The notes below the pieces were generated by a model. That model was not told the DNA's origin. It ran no database searches and worked only from the letters and a program-made list of their open reading frames with translations. A stretch of 55,336 nt of DNA, filler included, from Dirinaria sp. TL-2023a (Eukaryota), in assembly GCA_051941275.1 (NCBI GenBank). It is 4 parts of 4 records of this genome, joined end to end, with 100 filler letters (N's around TTAATTAATTAA, not from the genome) between each part and the next. Parts side by side here need not be neighbours in the genome. Positions count along the whole stretch, not along the records: positions 1 to 13,767 come from JAVEBF010000657.1; positions 13,868 to 27,631 come from JAVEBF010000658.1; 2 more parts are not named here. One strand, 5' to 3'. The position numbers and the translations under genes were made by a program. This document shows, piece after piece, positions 1-14,196 of the stretch (its first letter is position 1; each line of letters begins with the position of its first letter).

Positions 1-352
1 GGAACAATCTTGCAGAAAAGAAAAAAAAAGAAAAAAAAAATTCCCCGAACATGTTGAAAACCTTTTTATTTTATCATTAAGGTAGGTAGCCCCTCTGTAT
101 ACATACGTTATGAAGCGGGTATGGTGTTAGGGCAGCTTCAGTATTTTCTCTGTATGAATATGAATATGTCGATCTCTCGGTCTCTGTAAACTGTAAGGGA
201 AGGTATGTACAAATTAAAAAAAAAAATTTAAAGGTAAAAGGAACTTTTTGTTTTCACTCCCCCCACGACCTCTATTTTGGGTGGGAAAAACTGGATCTCA
301 TACTCCCGCGCTATGCATGCAGCAATTAAAAAAAAGAAAGCCCGGATCCTGA

Positions 353-3300
353 CTAAACAGCCTGTACTTTCGGCGTCCCACCGCTCCCCTCTTCATACTT
401 GTCCCAGTTCGCCAGCACACTGCCGATCCTCGGACTATTGGTCAATTTATACACCTCCTCGAAGTACGCCTTGGAAATCTCAAAGGATTTCGCCGTCACG
501 TTGGGGATGTATTTGCCGACCAGTTTGCTGGGGTCGATGCTCGTCTTGTTGATCTTCTTCAGCAGGAAGCTCCGGAAGGGTTTGACGCCGCTTCTCAAGA
601 ACGTGCTGTGGAAGGGTACATCGATGCCCTTGAGCGGGATGGTGGCGAACCCGCGTTGGAGTTCAATGGGTTTGGGTCGCGCTTCCGTCTGCTTCGCGGA
701 TTCTTTGATGATATCCACCAGACGTGCTTTCACGTCTTCGAGCGACATTCTCTGCATGAGGGATTGTATGTCCACTTTTTGCGCTTTGAGGTAGTTGGTT
801 ACGTTGGTGAGGCAATCCAGAGCTCGCAGGTCGCCCGCGCAGACGTATTGCATGTTGGCGACGTTGTAATTGACGATCTCGAGCAACCAAGTGGTCTCTT
901 CAGCAATGTTTTCGACGACGTACTGCAGCGCTTGCTCGTTGAAGGTTTTGGAGATCCGAGAGGGATTGACGGCGCACATGCTATAGTTCGATCGTCCGGT
1001 GGCGTCACGTTCGACGGCGACCTGCATGGTGAGTCCACGGTAGAAGACAACCGAGACCAGAGACTCGATTGGCATAACTTCGGCAAGCGCAGCCAAGGCT
1101 GAGTATTCGCCAAGGGAGTGACCGGCGAAGCTGGAGTCACGCTGCACAAGCCCTTTGGACAGCATGTCCTCGAAACTGGCCTTTTCCATGAGGGTAAGAG
1201 CGGGTTGTGTAAACTGTGTTGCCGAGAGCAGTCCGGTGGGCGAACGGTAAGTATAGGAAGTCGTATTCTCAGTGACTTCTTTGAAGATTTTCTCAGATTT
1301 GATAGAGCCATCGGCGTTAACTGTTTCAAAGGTCATAGACATATAATTCTCGCGTATAGCCTTGCCTCGAGGACCACCAAAGTGAATAGTGAGTTCCTTG
1401 GGATTGTTCTTGACGATATTCGTGATTGAGAAGCCTGTCTCTGACATTAGTAACTGCTATAACAAAGCTCAAGGTGCAAAGTATACCATAATTCTCCATG
1501 AAGTGGGCATCTGCGCGATCCCACACCTCCTTCGCCACGGCGCTACTGCCATACAGGTCCATACCCATTCCTTGCTCTTGCGAACCTTGGCCGGTGAAGA
1601 CATATGAGGAAACCGGCTGCTCAACTTCAGCCTCACCAAGCAAGACCTTCTCTTCCGAAGCCTTGTTGATAGCCTCAACCTTGATGATCTTGCGACCAGT
1701 AACCATACCAATATGTTGAAGTCTAACCTCGATGTCATCATTAGGTAGCACCATGCCAACGAGGTCGACATGAAAGCTTCGAACTCGGCCAACATGGTTC
1801 TCGGCCGCCCAGGTCTCGACTAAGCTCCGTACGGCAGCGCTTGAATACATGCCATGGGTAATGGTCCCAGGCAGACCGACGTAACTGGAGAATACCCTAG
1901 AGACATGGATCGGGTTGTAATCGCCGGAAACGCGTGCATACGTCTCATTAGAAGCAGGAGCCCGGAGGACCAAAGGCGTCTTGCCGCTTAATGGGATCGG
2001 GTTCTCGAAGTTGACAGGCTGCTCGATGGAAGTTCCGTTCCTCTGCAGGTACTCAATAACCGGGTTTCCACGCGAAATACCCGCATTGTAGTCCACAGAT
2101 GCCACTTGGATGATCTCTTTGGTGGGCAGTTCCAAAAGAACCTGACCGATAGTTTCGACGCGACTGTAGATGGTTTTGTTTTTGAAGTGGATCAGTGTCT
2201 GTAGTCGGAAAGTGAGGGTTTTATCGAGAAGTTCGACGTCCTCGTCTTCCATGTTAAACCACTCCTTGGATCGAAGGACTGCAACATCTTTGCTAGTGCC
2301 CAGGTGGAGTTGAATTGGGGTTTCGTCTTTGCGCTGGAAGGTATTATCATAGTCGGAATAGGTGCCACGGTACAGGAATTGTGTGGTCACTACCATGACT
2401 GGCTTGCCGTCGCGCTTGATGGTGCCGCATACTTCGACCATCTTTCCAGAATCTTGGTTCAGCACTGCATTGATCTGGGCCGTAGTATCGAGGACATCGC
2501 CTTTCTTCAACGGCTCGGCGCCGGGAAGCATCCGGAACGCATTGGATAGATGAACAAGCTTAAGCAGATCTCCGTCGATGGACCTTGGGAATATTGGCTT
2601 GGTAATGGCCTTCCAGCCAACCACGATCGCAAAATCCATGGGTGCAAGTACCTCCTTGCCTTGTCGCTCGACAAAGGCTTCTCCAGTGTTGCCCACAGCG
2701 TGTACGAAGTCGGCGATCGCCTGACCCGTGACTACTGACCGGCCCCCGTCGAAGATGCTTGTCGCGGGAGTGTCAAAAGGCACAGACTCATCGGCGAACC
2801 AGATACGATAGTAAAATTCCTTAATTCGATCATTCCGGCCTTCCATGACCTCTCGAATGGGTGCATAGCCCGCTTCTGGATGATAAGTAAACTGCAAAAG
2901 TAGGGCAACCGCAGCTCCTTCTGCGGTTCTCTGCTCGATCAACTGAAGTAGTATTTGGTTCTTCCCAGTCATGCTGATCTCAGCTGTAGTCACCATTTTG
3001 CCAGAGTGGGATGGCTCTTTAACGGCAATAGTAGTCTTGGCCGGCTCATCTGGGTGCATGATCTCCACTAGCATGCCCCTGCTAGGGTTGAAGATTCTCC
3101 GCAAAGGATTCGTCTGGAAGCGCTGTCCCTGGACAAAAACTTCTGCTGTGAACATGGCATATCTCCACGAATAGGCCTTTCCGGCGAGGAGGTGCAGCCA
3201 CGCATCGGTGTCTGGCAAGACTGCATTGGGTGCCGATGATAGTCGGTAGCTGAGACGGCCATTGTTCTCTGCAGCTGTGAGGCCTTCAATGTTCGCGCTG

Positions 3301-6300
3301 TCTTCAGAGTCGACGAGGAATTGGCCACCGAAATACTCGACCACAGGAATGTCATTCTCGTTGCCGCTGTAAATGTCCTGAGTCAGCTCTTTGATATGGT
3401 CGGCGTGGATGGTGTCCAATATGTGTTTGATTGGTTCGTCGACAGTGTTCGAATATTTGACAGCTGTTGGTCCCTGGAGAATACAAGTTCTTCCTACGTC
3501 CTGGTCTACAACTGCTTCAAGGTCCTCGGACTGCCAAAGGGAATCCTTCTTAAACCAGAACTCGAAATTATCATCGAGCGCTGGGACAAAGGGAACAGGT
3601 TTCTGGCCGCGGCGCTGGCAAAGAAGCAAGAAATGCTGTACGTCTTGAGCGCTGATTAGCTGCTCTTCCGCTTCATGGTAGACCCTAAAAACGTTCTCGA
3701 CAACCGGAAATGGATCGTCAAGCTCAGAATAGTTCTGGATAATAGATGCTTTGCCTGGTGTCGTCGTGAAGCGTTCTTCTACCCGTCTGATGAAATCCCC
3801 GGTCAACCGCTCAAGCGACTTATCGATCCATCGTGACTCGTGCTTGACAAACATTAGATCTACCATTCTGCGTACAATTTCGCCATAGGTCATATCTTCT
3901 AGGTCAACCGTCTGTCCGGACTTGTTACGGCCGAACCAAACCTTCTGGAAATCGTCATTGAGCTTCTTGATAATATGCTCGCGGTTCTTCTTGAGCTCGG
4001 GCAGGCGTTTTGCCTTGTCAAGAGCAAATATTTTCTGATCCATTTCGGCCCAAAATCTAACACCACGAGTTGCAAGTTTGTGGATCGGCTCACCCATTTC
4101 AGAACGCACGGTGATCACACCGCCGGCGGGTCCCTTGTAAGTTCTCTCCCATTGGCTGTCGTCAACCCCTTCGGCTTCGGCAATCGCTCTCTTTGCGTTC
4201 TTTGAGGTGTGAGCCTCTTTTGCGGTCATCATTCGACTTCCGAACAGGCAGCCGTCGTACGGCATTGGGGGGTATCCGAATCGTGAAGACCACTGCCCGG
4301 TCAAATATGGGTAGGTGTCTTGAGAACCACCGAAACCGCTGCCGGCAACTAGAATGAGATTCTCGCAGCGTCGAATCCTGCCATACATTTGAAGGATAGG
4401 TTGATGAAAATCCTCGAATGAGTGATGGCCACCACCACGGCCGCCGGTCCATTGCAGGATGACAGGAAAATGCGGATTGGCTTTGGCAACATTGATGACT
4501 GCCTGAATAGCTTCAACAGACCCCGGTTTGAACGATATATGCTTGATGCCGAGTGTCTGAATATATTCATTCGCAATCTCGATAGACGGGACTCCAGCAC
4601 CGATAGTGAGTCCTTCAATAGGGACACCATCTGCTCGCAACTGACCGAGTAAGGGAATCTGCCACGCCATGGCCCGGGGATTGACGTAGATCAGATTCAC
4701 AGTAATACCACGGCCGGCGGGAATGTTCTTTTCAATGCTAGTCAGCGCTTCCGTCATCGTTTTCGCGTTGTAGTATCCTCCACCGGCCAATTCTATCTGA
4801 TACCCTGCATTCATTGTTGCAGCGACAAAGTCCCACGGTACGGTACAAGGAGTCATACCAGCAACCATGATCGGGGGTACGCCCAACATCCGGCTCATCT
4901 TAGTGTCCACAAAGGTTTGGCCCACAGAGGTCTTCACCAATTTCGGTCCATGTTCCTTCACCCAATCAACAGCATACTTAATGGCATGTTCCTCGTCTCG
5001 ATCAAAGAGCTCGGTTTTGTATCCAACCTCGGTGTGGGTACCATCAATGGCACCAGCAAGGATCACTCGTACCCCTGTACCTTCTTTATTTCGGTTTGTG
5101 AGTACACCGATGCCAGAGATGCCTCCCGGACCAAAATCCAGGACATGTGTTGCATTTGGAAATGCGGTTGCTGTCTCCCAATTCACTGGCTTCTGAGTGA
5201 TCATGCGAACCAATGACGGAACCACGTCGACGTCACCATTTCCCCCGATATCTTGGCCAGAATCTGTGTCGTAAACTGAAATGCTTAGGCTCTCCGAGCT
5301 AAGCTTAATGTCCTTAAGGTCTTCCACAATATGTTTGACAGCTTCTCTGAGATAAATGCTGTGAAAGGGGCAGGTAATTGGCAAGAAGCGGTTGACGAAG
5401 CGGACCTTTCGGTCCGTGAAGGGTATGCGAGTCTGGTCCAGCCCAGTCGGCGCTTTGACTTTACGCAAGCGGACATTGAGCCCATAGAGTGAGATTGGCG
5501 GACCAGTGATAACGAAGTTACGGGCGCTGTTGATGAGAGAAATCGCAATGTGACGGTCCTGAGGTAAGTGATGATTCGTAGTATCGATATGTTCTTGCAA
5601 TGCACTTCGAGAAAGGTCTCGAACTGACAGCATAGGCGTGGGGGTTCCCTCTCCATTCTCTACCGAATCCTGTAATATGGAAGGCGCTAAAGAAGTTCTT
5701 GGATAAGCCTGCTGGCTTCGTGCACCTATCCAAAAGAGAATGGTGATGGCATCTTTTGCAACCTTGTTGAAAGATTCCCAAGTATCAGCTGCCGCGATCG
5801 CTGTCGCCGTGACGATGCCCTGAGAATGACCTGTAGAGCCCTTCAAGCAATCCCTGATATCTCCCGGTGTTAGGCCTAGCGCTTTGCATGTCACAGTATA
5901 ATGCGCCAATTGGGCCAGACCGATCAGTGGCAGGCTGACCGGGGCAGAGACCAAGTAATCCGTATCTGGCTGGCTATCTCGATCGTGCAACCAGCGCATG
6001 ACATCAAGGCCCTTGGAGTATAGCTTCACTGCGCGGGCGTCCCTGGATAAGGCTTGCAGTAGATCCGCGCAGCTCTGAATGAGGGTCTCAACGAAGGCTG
6101 GGTAGGTCGTGTAGACCTCTCGCAGCTCCTCGAAATATTCTTCGATATTCCCTTGGCCGCCGAAGATGGCATAGAGCTGGGCTTCGTCGTCGCTAGCTGC
6201 CCGCAAGAGAGCCGACTGGTGAGGTCTGATCGGACGGTTTGCTGATGCTCTCCCCGCATGGTACGACTGCACCACGACCAATTTCTTCTGCGCGATGCCG

Positions 6301-6683
6301 GGCAGCGAGGCGACCAGCGCGTGTATGTCGTTGCCTTGCAAAAAACTTCGTTCGAATTCATTTATGACCAGCTTCAGCACTTCGTCGTAAGTTCCTTGGG
6401 CGTCATCCTCGCCCTGGTCGACCTCGTGGGATATGTAGCCCAGAAAGCGGGCGACTAGCTCTGCTATCGACGACGGTTCATCGTCTTGAGCGAGCTCATC
6501 TGTTGGGGCCGGTAGAGCTGCTGCAAAGCGCGTTCGCAGCTCGGAGGCGTGGAAGTGGAGAGCGGTGGGTATCAGAAGAGTATGCTCAAGGGAGCCGTGT
6601 GCGAGGGTGAGGGGTCGCAAGGAGGAGGAGGATCGGGGGGTGGAGACGCCGGTATGGGGGCCTGTGCCTGCGGTGCCGTACAT
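353..6683 (-). CDS. FAS1: Fatty acid synthase beta subunit (AT-ER-DH-MPT), 2 exons: 6683-1487 and 1434-353
   Basis: ATG at 6683 ([25 protein letters not shown]). Motifs: [41 protein letters not shown] and GHSLGEY. A 52-nt intron 1486-1435 (GTATAC...TACTAAT...CAG) joins ENYG to [12 protein letters not shown] in frame. TAG stop at 355-353. Confidence 0.97.
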
Positions 6684-7727
6684 GTCTGACGATAAATTAC
6701 TGGAGGGAGGTTTGGAGGATGGCGGAGAAGTGGAATTCCACTCCAATGGTATCTTAAGCTGATTTGGGGCTTTTACAGTGACATCTGGAAGCCCTGGGGT
6801 GAATCAATGGGTCTGAAGAGCTCGTATTAGTGGTGAAGACTGCAGAGGGTTAAAGCGTAGGAAGGGTTTTAGGGCTTGGGGGGAAAGCAAAGATACCAGG
6901 ACTGCAAGTGAAATAATGTGATCACTAGCTTCGATTCATCGGGAAAATTGATGAGTGAGATAAGGTAGGCATCAACTTTATGCATGCTTGTCTTGTGTTA
7001 TGATCTGGTTGGAAAGCACTAGTAAGATATTGAAGTGTTGAGGGTTTTGGGTCTGAACTTCCACCACTAACGTTCACTATTACCATTTTTGATGCACCCC
7101 CGCTTACGTAAGATCCCTGATTTTACCGAGTCTTTTTTCCCAGCAAAATTTTTAGAGGCCGGCCCCTGAATCCTGGAGCCTTTGTACCAGCCGAATCAGG
7201 TAATCATCTAACCGGAAGCAGCTGTAGTGCCCAACAAGCACAGAGAATGACGATCCTTATGCAGGACCGAGGCAACAGCATTAGCTGTGAATGGCAAGTT
7301 GTGCCGGATAATTTTCTTGCGTGTGTTGATGTTCAGATGCTTCAACACCGCTTTTACCAGTGGCATCGCATTATTTCACAGTTCACACTCAACCAACTCA
7401 TGCAGGGAAAACAAAAAGCTGACTCGTACAGCTTCAACACCTCATCCTGCCCTCTGTCTTATCTCACTTATCCGCCTCTCCAATTGCCCTGCCCTTCCAC
7501 ATTGCTGCCCTTCTCCGCTTTTCGCATCTAACCCTTCACCCCCCAAAACTATCTTCCCTAACCCCCCTTCCTGCCCTTCCACGGCCTCATCCCAACACAA
7601 ATCCACGACTCACAAATACTCTCCAGACGTGATTCACTTATTCAACCAACTTCCACTTCGAGCGCTCTTCCAATTGATCTTCCAACGTCCTCCCCACTCC
7701 GTCCGCGGGACGTAAAACTCCTCCGTC
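6684..7727. promoter_or_regulatory. Shared bidirectional promoter/5' UTR region of FAS1 and FAS2
   Basis: About 1 kb non-coding interval between two divergent ATGs. Pyrimidine-rich tract before FAS2 (7440-7700), palindrome CTTACGTAAG at 7103-7112, CCGAGG at 7267-7272. Confidence 0.75.
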
Positions 7728-10700
7728 ATGACGCCCGAAGTCGAGCAAGAGCTTGCCCACACCCTCCTTGTCGAGCTGCTAGCATATCAATTTGCAAGCC
7801 CCGTGCGATGGATCGAAACCCAAGATGTCATCCTTGCCGAGAAAACCACAGAGAGGATCGTCGAAATCGGTCCGGCGGATATCCTTGGTGGAATGGCCAA
7901 GCGCACCATCGCCTCCAAATATGAGGCTTACGACGCAGCCTTGTCGGTGCAGAGGCAGATCCTGTGCTATAACAAGGATGCCAAGGAGATTTACTACGAT
8001 GTGGATCCGGCAGAAGAGGAGGCGTCTCCAGCCGCCGGCAGCCCCGACTCTGCCCCAAGCTCTTCAGCGCCTGCTCCTGTCACCTCAGCGCCAGCGGCAG
8101 CTGCATTGCCGCCACCACCGCCGAGTTCGGGACCAGCTGCAGCCGTGGCAGATGCGCCAGTGCTGGCGGTAGACATTTTGCGGTCCCTCATTGCACAGAA
8201 ACTGAAGAAACCCCTAACGGAGATACCGCTGAGCAAAGCTATCAAAGATCTGGTGGGCGGCAAGTCGACTTTACAAAATGAGATCCTGGGGGATTTGGGC
8301 AAAGAGTTTGGTTCTACACCGGAAAAGCCAGAAGATACACCACTCGACGAACTAGGGGCTTCCATGCAGGCCACCTTCAATGGCCAACTTGGCAAACAGT
8401 CTTCTTCGCTTGTTGCACGACTAGTCTCCTCCAAGATGCCTGGAGGTTTCAATATCACCGCCGTACGGAAATACCTAGAGACAAGGTGGGGACTTGGCTC
8501 GGGGAGGCAGGATGGGGTTCTGCTTCTTGCGATGACCATGGAGCCTGCATCACGATTAGGCTCCGAATCGGACGCAAAGGCCTATCTTGATGATGTTTCC
8601 AACAAGTATGCGTCTATCGCTGGGATCAGTCTTTCCTCACCAGCGGCTGGCGGCGAGGGCGGTGGAGGAGGTGGTGGTATGATGATGGACCCGGCAGCCA
8701 TCGATGCTCTAACCAAGGACCAACGCGCTTTATTCAAACAACAGCTAGAATTATTTGCCCGATACCTGAAAATGGATCTTCGTGCAGGTGACAAAGCATT
8801 CGTCGGCTCCCAAGAGTCAAATAAAGTATTACAAGCCCAGCTCGACCTCTGGAACACCGAGCATGGCGAATTCTATGCCAACGGAATCGAACCTTCCTTT
8901 AACCAAGCTAAGGCTAGAGTATATGATTCCGCCTGGAACTGGGCACGTCAGGATGCACTATCGATGTACTACGACATCATTTTTGGTCGCTTAAAGGCCG
9001 TTGATCGAGAGATCGTCAGCCGCTGCATCCGCATCATGAATCGTTCGAATCCTCTACTATTAGACTTTATGCAGTATCATATGGACATATGCCCTACAGA
9101 GCGCGGCGAGACATACAAGCTAGCAAAGAATTTGGGCGAGCAATTGATCGAAAATTGCAAAGACGTACTTGGAGAAGCCCCCGTGTACAAAGATGTGTCT
9201 ATCCCGACAGGTCCACAGACGACAGTTGACGCGCGAGGCAACCTTGCGTATGCCGAGGTGCCAAGGGAAAGTGCTCGAAAACTTGAACACTATGTTCGAG
9301 AGATGGCGGAAGGTGGTAAAATCTCCGAATATGGTAACCGAACCAAGGTGCAAAATGACCTCAGTCGCATCTACAAACTCATTAAGCAGCAGCACAAGCT
9401 CTCAAAATCCTCTCAGCTCCAGATCAAGTCGTTATATGAGAATGTTATCCGTTCTCTTGCGATGAATGAAGGCCAGATCATGCCAGTTGAGAACGGCAAG
9501 ATGAACGGTCAGGTTAAAAAGCCCGGAAAAAATGGTTCGCGACTACATATGAACGGCCACATTAAGCAAGGCAAGGTGGAGACCATTCCGTTCCTACACC
9601 TCAAGCGCAAGGACGAGCACGGCTGGGAATACAGCAAAAAACTTACGGGCGTGTACCTTGATGGTCTGGAGCAGGCTGCCAAGTCTGGAGTGACCTTCCA
9701 AGGCAAGAATGCTTTGATGACCGGTGCTGGTGCTGGATCCATTGGCGCCGAAGTACTTCAAGGTCTCATCAGTGGAGGTGCCAAGGTCGTGGTTACGACC
9801 AGCAGATTCTCACGAGAAGTCACAGAGTACTATCAGTCAATGTACGCGCGATACGGAGCAAGCGGTTCTCAGCTCATCGTTGTGCCGTTTAACCAGGGTA
9901 GCAAGCAAGATGTTGAGGCGTTGATCGATTACATCTATAGTGATAAGAAGGGTTCTTTGGGTTGGGATCTTGACTACATCATCCCATTCGCTGCCATACC
10001 CGAGAACGGCCGTGAGATAGACTCGATCGACTCGAAGTCCGAGCTCGCTCACCGTATCATGTTGACCAATCTTCTAAGACTTCTCGGCGCTATCAAGATC
10101 CAGAAGCAGGCACGAGGATTTGAGACTCGTCCTGCTCAAGTAGTCCTTCCTCTTTCACCAAACCACGGCACATTCGGTAACGATGGTCTCTATTCTGAAT
10201 CGAAGCTTGGCTTGGAGACATTATTCAATCGGTGGCACTCCGAGAGCTGGGGTAACTTCCTCACCATCTGCGGCGCTGTTATCGGATGGACACGCGGCAC
10301 TGGACTGATGGCGGGCAATAACGTCGTTGCGGAAGGTGTTGAGCGCTACGGCGTTCGAACGTTCTCTCAGCAAGAGATGGCTTTCAATCTCCTTGGACTC
10401 ATGGCTCCCAACATCGTCAATCTCTGTCAGATAGAGCCAGTGTTCGCAGACTTGAATGGAGGCCTGCAATTTATTCCCGAGCTCAAAGATGTCATGACCA
10501 AGCTGCGCAAAGATATCATGGAGACAAGCGAGCTTCGTCAAGCTGTCACCAAGGAAACTGCCATCGAGAATAAGGTTGTCAATGGTGAGGACAGTGAGGC
10601 GATGTACAAAAAAGTCACGGTAGAGCCTCGCGCCAACATCAAATATCAATTCCCGGAGCTTCCAAACTGGGAGAAGGATATCGAGCCCCTCAATCACAAC

Positions 10701-13422
10701 CTTCAGGGCATGGTCGATTTGGACAAAGTTGTCGTTGTCACAGGGTTTTCCGAGGTCGGGCCCTGGGGCAACTCTCGGACTCGGTGGGAGATGGAGGCTT
10801 ATGGCAAATTCTCCCTCGAAGGTTGTGTTGAGATGGCCTGGATGATGAACTTGATCAAGAACCATAACGGCCCTCTCAAGGGTAAATCCTACTCAGGCTG
10901 GGTTGATGCCAAGACCGGCGATCCGGTCGACGACAAAGATGTCAAGAGCAAGTACGAGAAGTTCATCCTCGAGCATTCCGGCATTCGTTTGATTGAACCC
11001 GAACTCTTCAACGGCTATGATCCAAACAAGAAGCAACTGATGCAGGAAATTCAGATCGAAGAAGATCTTGATCCATTCGAAGCATCGAAGGAGACCGCGG
11101 AAGAATTCAAGCGTGAACATGGCGAAAAAGTCGAAGTGTTCGAAGTTGCCGAGTCCGGAGAGTTCACCGTGAGGTTAAAGAAAGGAGCCACCCTTCTCAT
11201 CCCCAAGGCTCTGAGATTTGATCGTCTTGTCGCAGGCCAAATACCCACCGGGTGGAACGCCAAAACCTACGGGATTCCCGACGATATCATCGAGCAGGTC
11301 GATCCGGTCACTCTCTATGTCTTAGTCTGCACAGCCGAGTCTCTCTTAGCATCCGGCATCACGGACCCCTATGAATTCTATCAATATGTGCACATTTCCG
11401 AAGTCGGTAACTGCATTGGTTCTGGTATTGGCGGTACCACCGCTCTACGTGGTATGTACAAGGACCGCTTTTTGGATAAGCCATTGCAGAAAGATATCTT
11501 GCAAGAGTCTTTTATCAACACGATGAGCGCATGGGTCAACATGTTGCTCATTTCATCGACTGGACCTATCAAGACTCCTGTGGGTGCTTGCGCGACGGCC
11601 GTAGAGTCAGTCGATATTGGCTACGAAACAATTATGGAAGGAAAGGCCCGTGTCTGCTTCGTTGGAGGTTTCGACGACTTCCAAGAAGAAGGATCATATG
11701 AGTTTGCCAACATGAAAGCGACGAGCAACGCCGAGGATGAATTTGCTCACGGTCGGACACCTGGAGAGATGTCGCGACCCACCACAACAACGCGAAATGG
11801 TTTCATGGAGTCTCAAGGTTGTGGTATGCAAGTGATTATGAGTGCTCAGCTCGCTCTCGACATGGGAGTCCCTATCTATGGTATTCTCGGTATGACCGCC
11901 ACGGCCACCGATAAGATTGGTCGATCTGTGCCTGCTCCAGGTCAGGGTGTTTTGACCACCGCTCGAGAAAATCCTTCGAAATTCCCATCGCCGCTTCTGG
12001 ATATCAAGTACCGAAAGCGCCAACTTGACATGCGAAAGCAGCAGATCAAGCAGTGGCAAGAAGCCGAACTTCTTTATCTACACTCTGAAGTCGCCGCTAT
12101 GAAGGCGCAATCCTGCGATTTCTCCGAATCCGAATACCTCGAAGATCGTGCGGCACATATTGCCCGCGAAGCCAGGCGGCAGGAGAAAGAAGCGATGTTC
12201 TCTCTTGGGAACAACTTTTGGAAGCAAGATTCAAGGATCGCTCCCCTGCGCGGAGCTCTTGCAACGTGGGGTCTAACTATTGACGACTTGGGTGTTGCCT
12301 CTTTCCACGGGACTTCGACCGTCGCAAATGACAAGAATGAGAGCGATGTTATATGCCAGCAAATGAAGCATTTGGGCCGCAAGAAGGGCAACGCGCTGCT
12401 TGGTATTTTCCAGAAATACCTCACCGGCCACCCCAAGGGTGCAGCTGGTGCCTGGATGTTCAACGGCTGCTTGCAAGTCTTGAACAGCGGCCTAGTACCT
12501 GGCAACCGAAACGCCGATAATGTGGACAAAGTGATGGAGAAGTTCGACTACATTGTCTATCCGTCCCGCTCGATCCAAACCGACGGCGTCAAGGCTTTCT
12601 CGGTCACATCCTTCGGGTTCGGCCAGAAGGGAGCCCAAGCCATTGGCATTCACCCCAAATACCTCTTCGCAACCCTCGATCAAGCACAATTCCAGAACTA
12701 CAAGCAGAAGGTTACCGCACGACAAAAGCGAGCATACCGCTACTTCCACAACGGTCTCATCACGAACTCTCTCTTCGTGGCCAAAACAGATACTCCCTAT
12801 GCGGAAGCGCAACAGAGTAAAGTCTTCCTCGACCCCACCTCACGCGTCACCAAGGACAAGAAAACCAGCCAGCTCACATACCCCGAAAACCCATCCACCG
12901 CACCCGATCCCTCAGCCACCGTCGCGGCGACGAAACAAACAACGAAGCAGATGATCGAAACGCTGGCGCAGGCGAACCAGAGCACGCAGTCCAAGATCGG
13001 CGTAGACGTCGAGAGCGTGGACGCCATCAACATCGAGAACGAAAGTTTCGTCGAGCGGAATTTCACCGACGCCGAGCAGGCGTATTGCAGGAAGGCGCCG
13101 AACGTGCAAGCCAGTTTCGCCGGGCGGTGGAGTGCCAAGGAAGCCGTCTTCAAGTCGCTGGGCGTGCAGAGCCGAGGCGCGGGCGCGGCACTGAGGGATA
13201 TCGAGGTCGTGAATGGCGAGAACGGGGCCCCGGTTGTGAAGGTATGTTTCCCTTTTTTCCTTTCAAAAACCATTCGATTCAAACACATGACTGATGTTTG
13301 CATACACACAGCTCTACGGCGACGCGAAAGAAGCCGCGGCGAAAGCGGGCGTGAAAGCGGTGGACGTCAGCATCAGCCATACTGACGCGCAGGCCATCGC
13401 GGTCGCTGTATCGAAATTCTAA
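7728..13422 (+). CDS. FAS2: Fatty acid synthase alpha subunit (ACP-KR-KS-PPT), 2 exons: 7728-13241 and 13312-13422
   Basis: N-terminus [28 protein letters not shown]. Motifs: [53 protein letters not shown]...WSAKEA. Intron 13242-13311 (GTATGT...CTGAT...CAG) restores the C-terminus [36 protein letters not shown]. Confidence 0.97.
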
Positions 13423-13767
13423 GACCATTTTTTTCATCACTCGCCCCTTGGGTGTGTTACCTGCATTAAATTGTGATGGAGGGATTCTGTTCTGTCGCTA
13501 CATGCTCTTTTTTCATGGTTCTTATCATTTATTATCGATATTTTATTCTTAATTGATTTGGGGCGGGCACAGGCTTAGTCTTAACCGTGCCCCCTAAAAA
13601 AAGTTTGCGTGCGAGGCGTTTTTGAGAGCGGGACTGCTAAGGTAGCTCCGATAGGAATTCATGCCCCCAGGGCATTTGTGTTTGGGGAGGAGGTGGTTTG
13701 TACATAACATACATACATAAAGGAGAGTTCAAGGACGGTACTCGTACTTTGATGATTACATAAAGAT

Positions 13768-13867
13768 NNNNNNNNNNNNNNNNNNNNNNNNNNNNNNNNN
13801 NNNNNNNNNNNTTAATTAATTAANNNNNNNNNNNNNNNNNNNNNNNNNNNNNNNNNNNNNNNNNNNN
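13768..13867. other. Artificial contig spacer (N run with TTAATTAATTAA six-frame-stop linker)
   Basis: Exactly 100 nt with TTAATTAATTAA at 13812-13823 between N runs; the identical design recurs three times. Confidence 0.97.
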
Positions 13868-14196
13868 TTCTTACCCTGCATCATGCTGTTGCTCGAGGAC
13901 AACTGTTGTCTTCCACCACGTTACAACAACATTACTTTTGCGCCCTCGGCCCAAGCATCGAGGAGGCTAATCCAGATTGGGCTTAGCTCTACCCTTCCAC
14001 AAGCGAGCCCATCCCTAGCCTTGAAAGGGACTAGCTCAATCAGAGAAGTAACTCGTACTTTACATACTTGACTTTACATGAAGCAAGTTTCCTGTGCATT
14101 TAGAACTCAGCGGTCAATCCACTCGCATCCCAATTATAAACACATCCTCTATTTGCTGCTCTCACTTCTCAATTCCAGTACTTTACATTGGGCGAG

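Noticed and set aside
6684..6746. N-terminal extension of FAS1 from TTG 6746 in the ORF track
   Set aside because: Non-AUG start called by the ORF finder; the conserved-looking N-terminus begins at ATG 6683.
13242..13385. FAS2 C-terminus VCFPFFLSK...QHQPY in the ORF track
   Set aside because: Read-through of an intron; splicing restores the canonical VSISH end.
353..13422. Many antisense and alternate-frame ORFs over the FAS genes (also over NOC2, lad1 and PI31)
   Set aside because: Shadows of codon-biased or GC-rich real genes with no motifs of their own.
13812..13823. TTAATTAATTAA as a biological repeat or CRISPR-like element
   Set aside because: Embedded in N runs of fixed length; an assembly linker.
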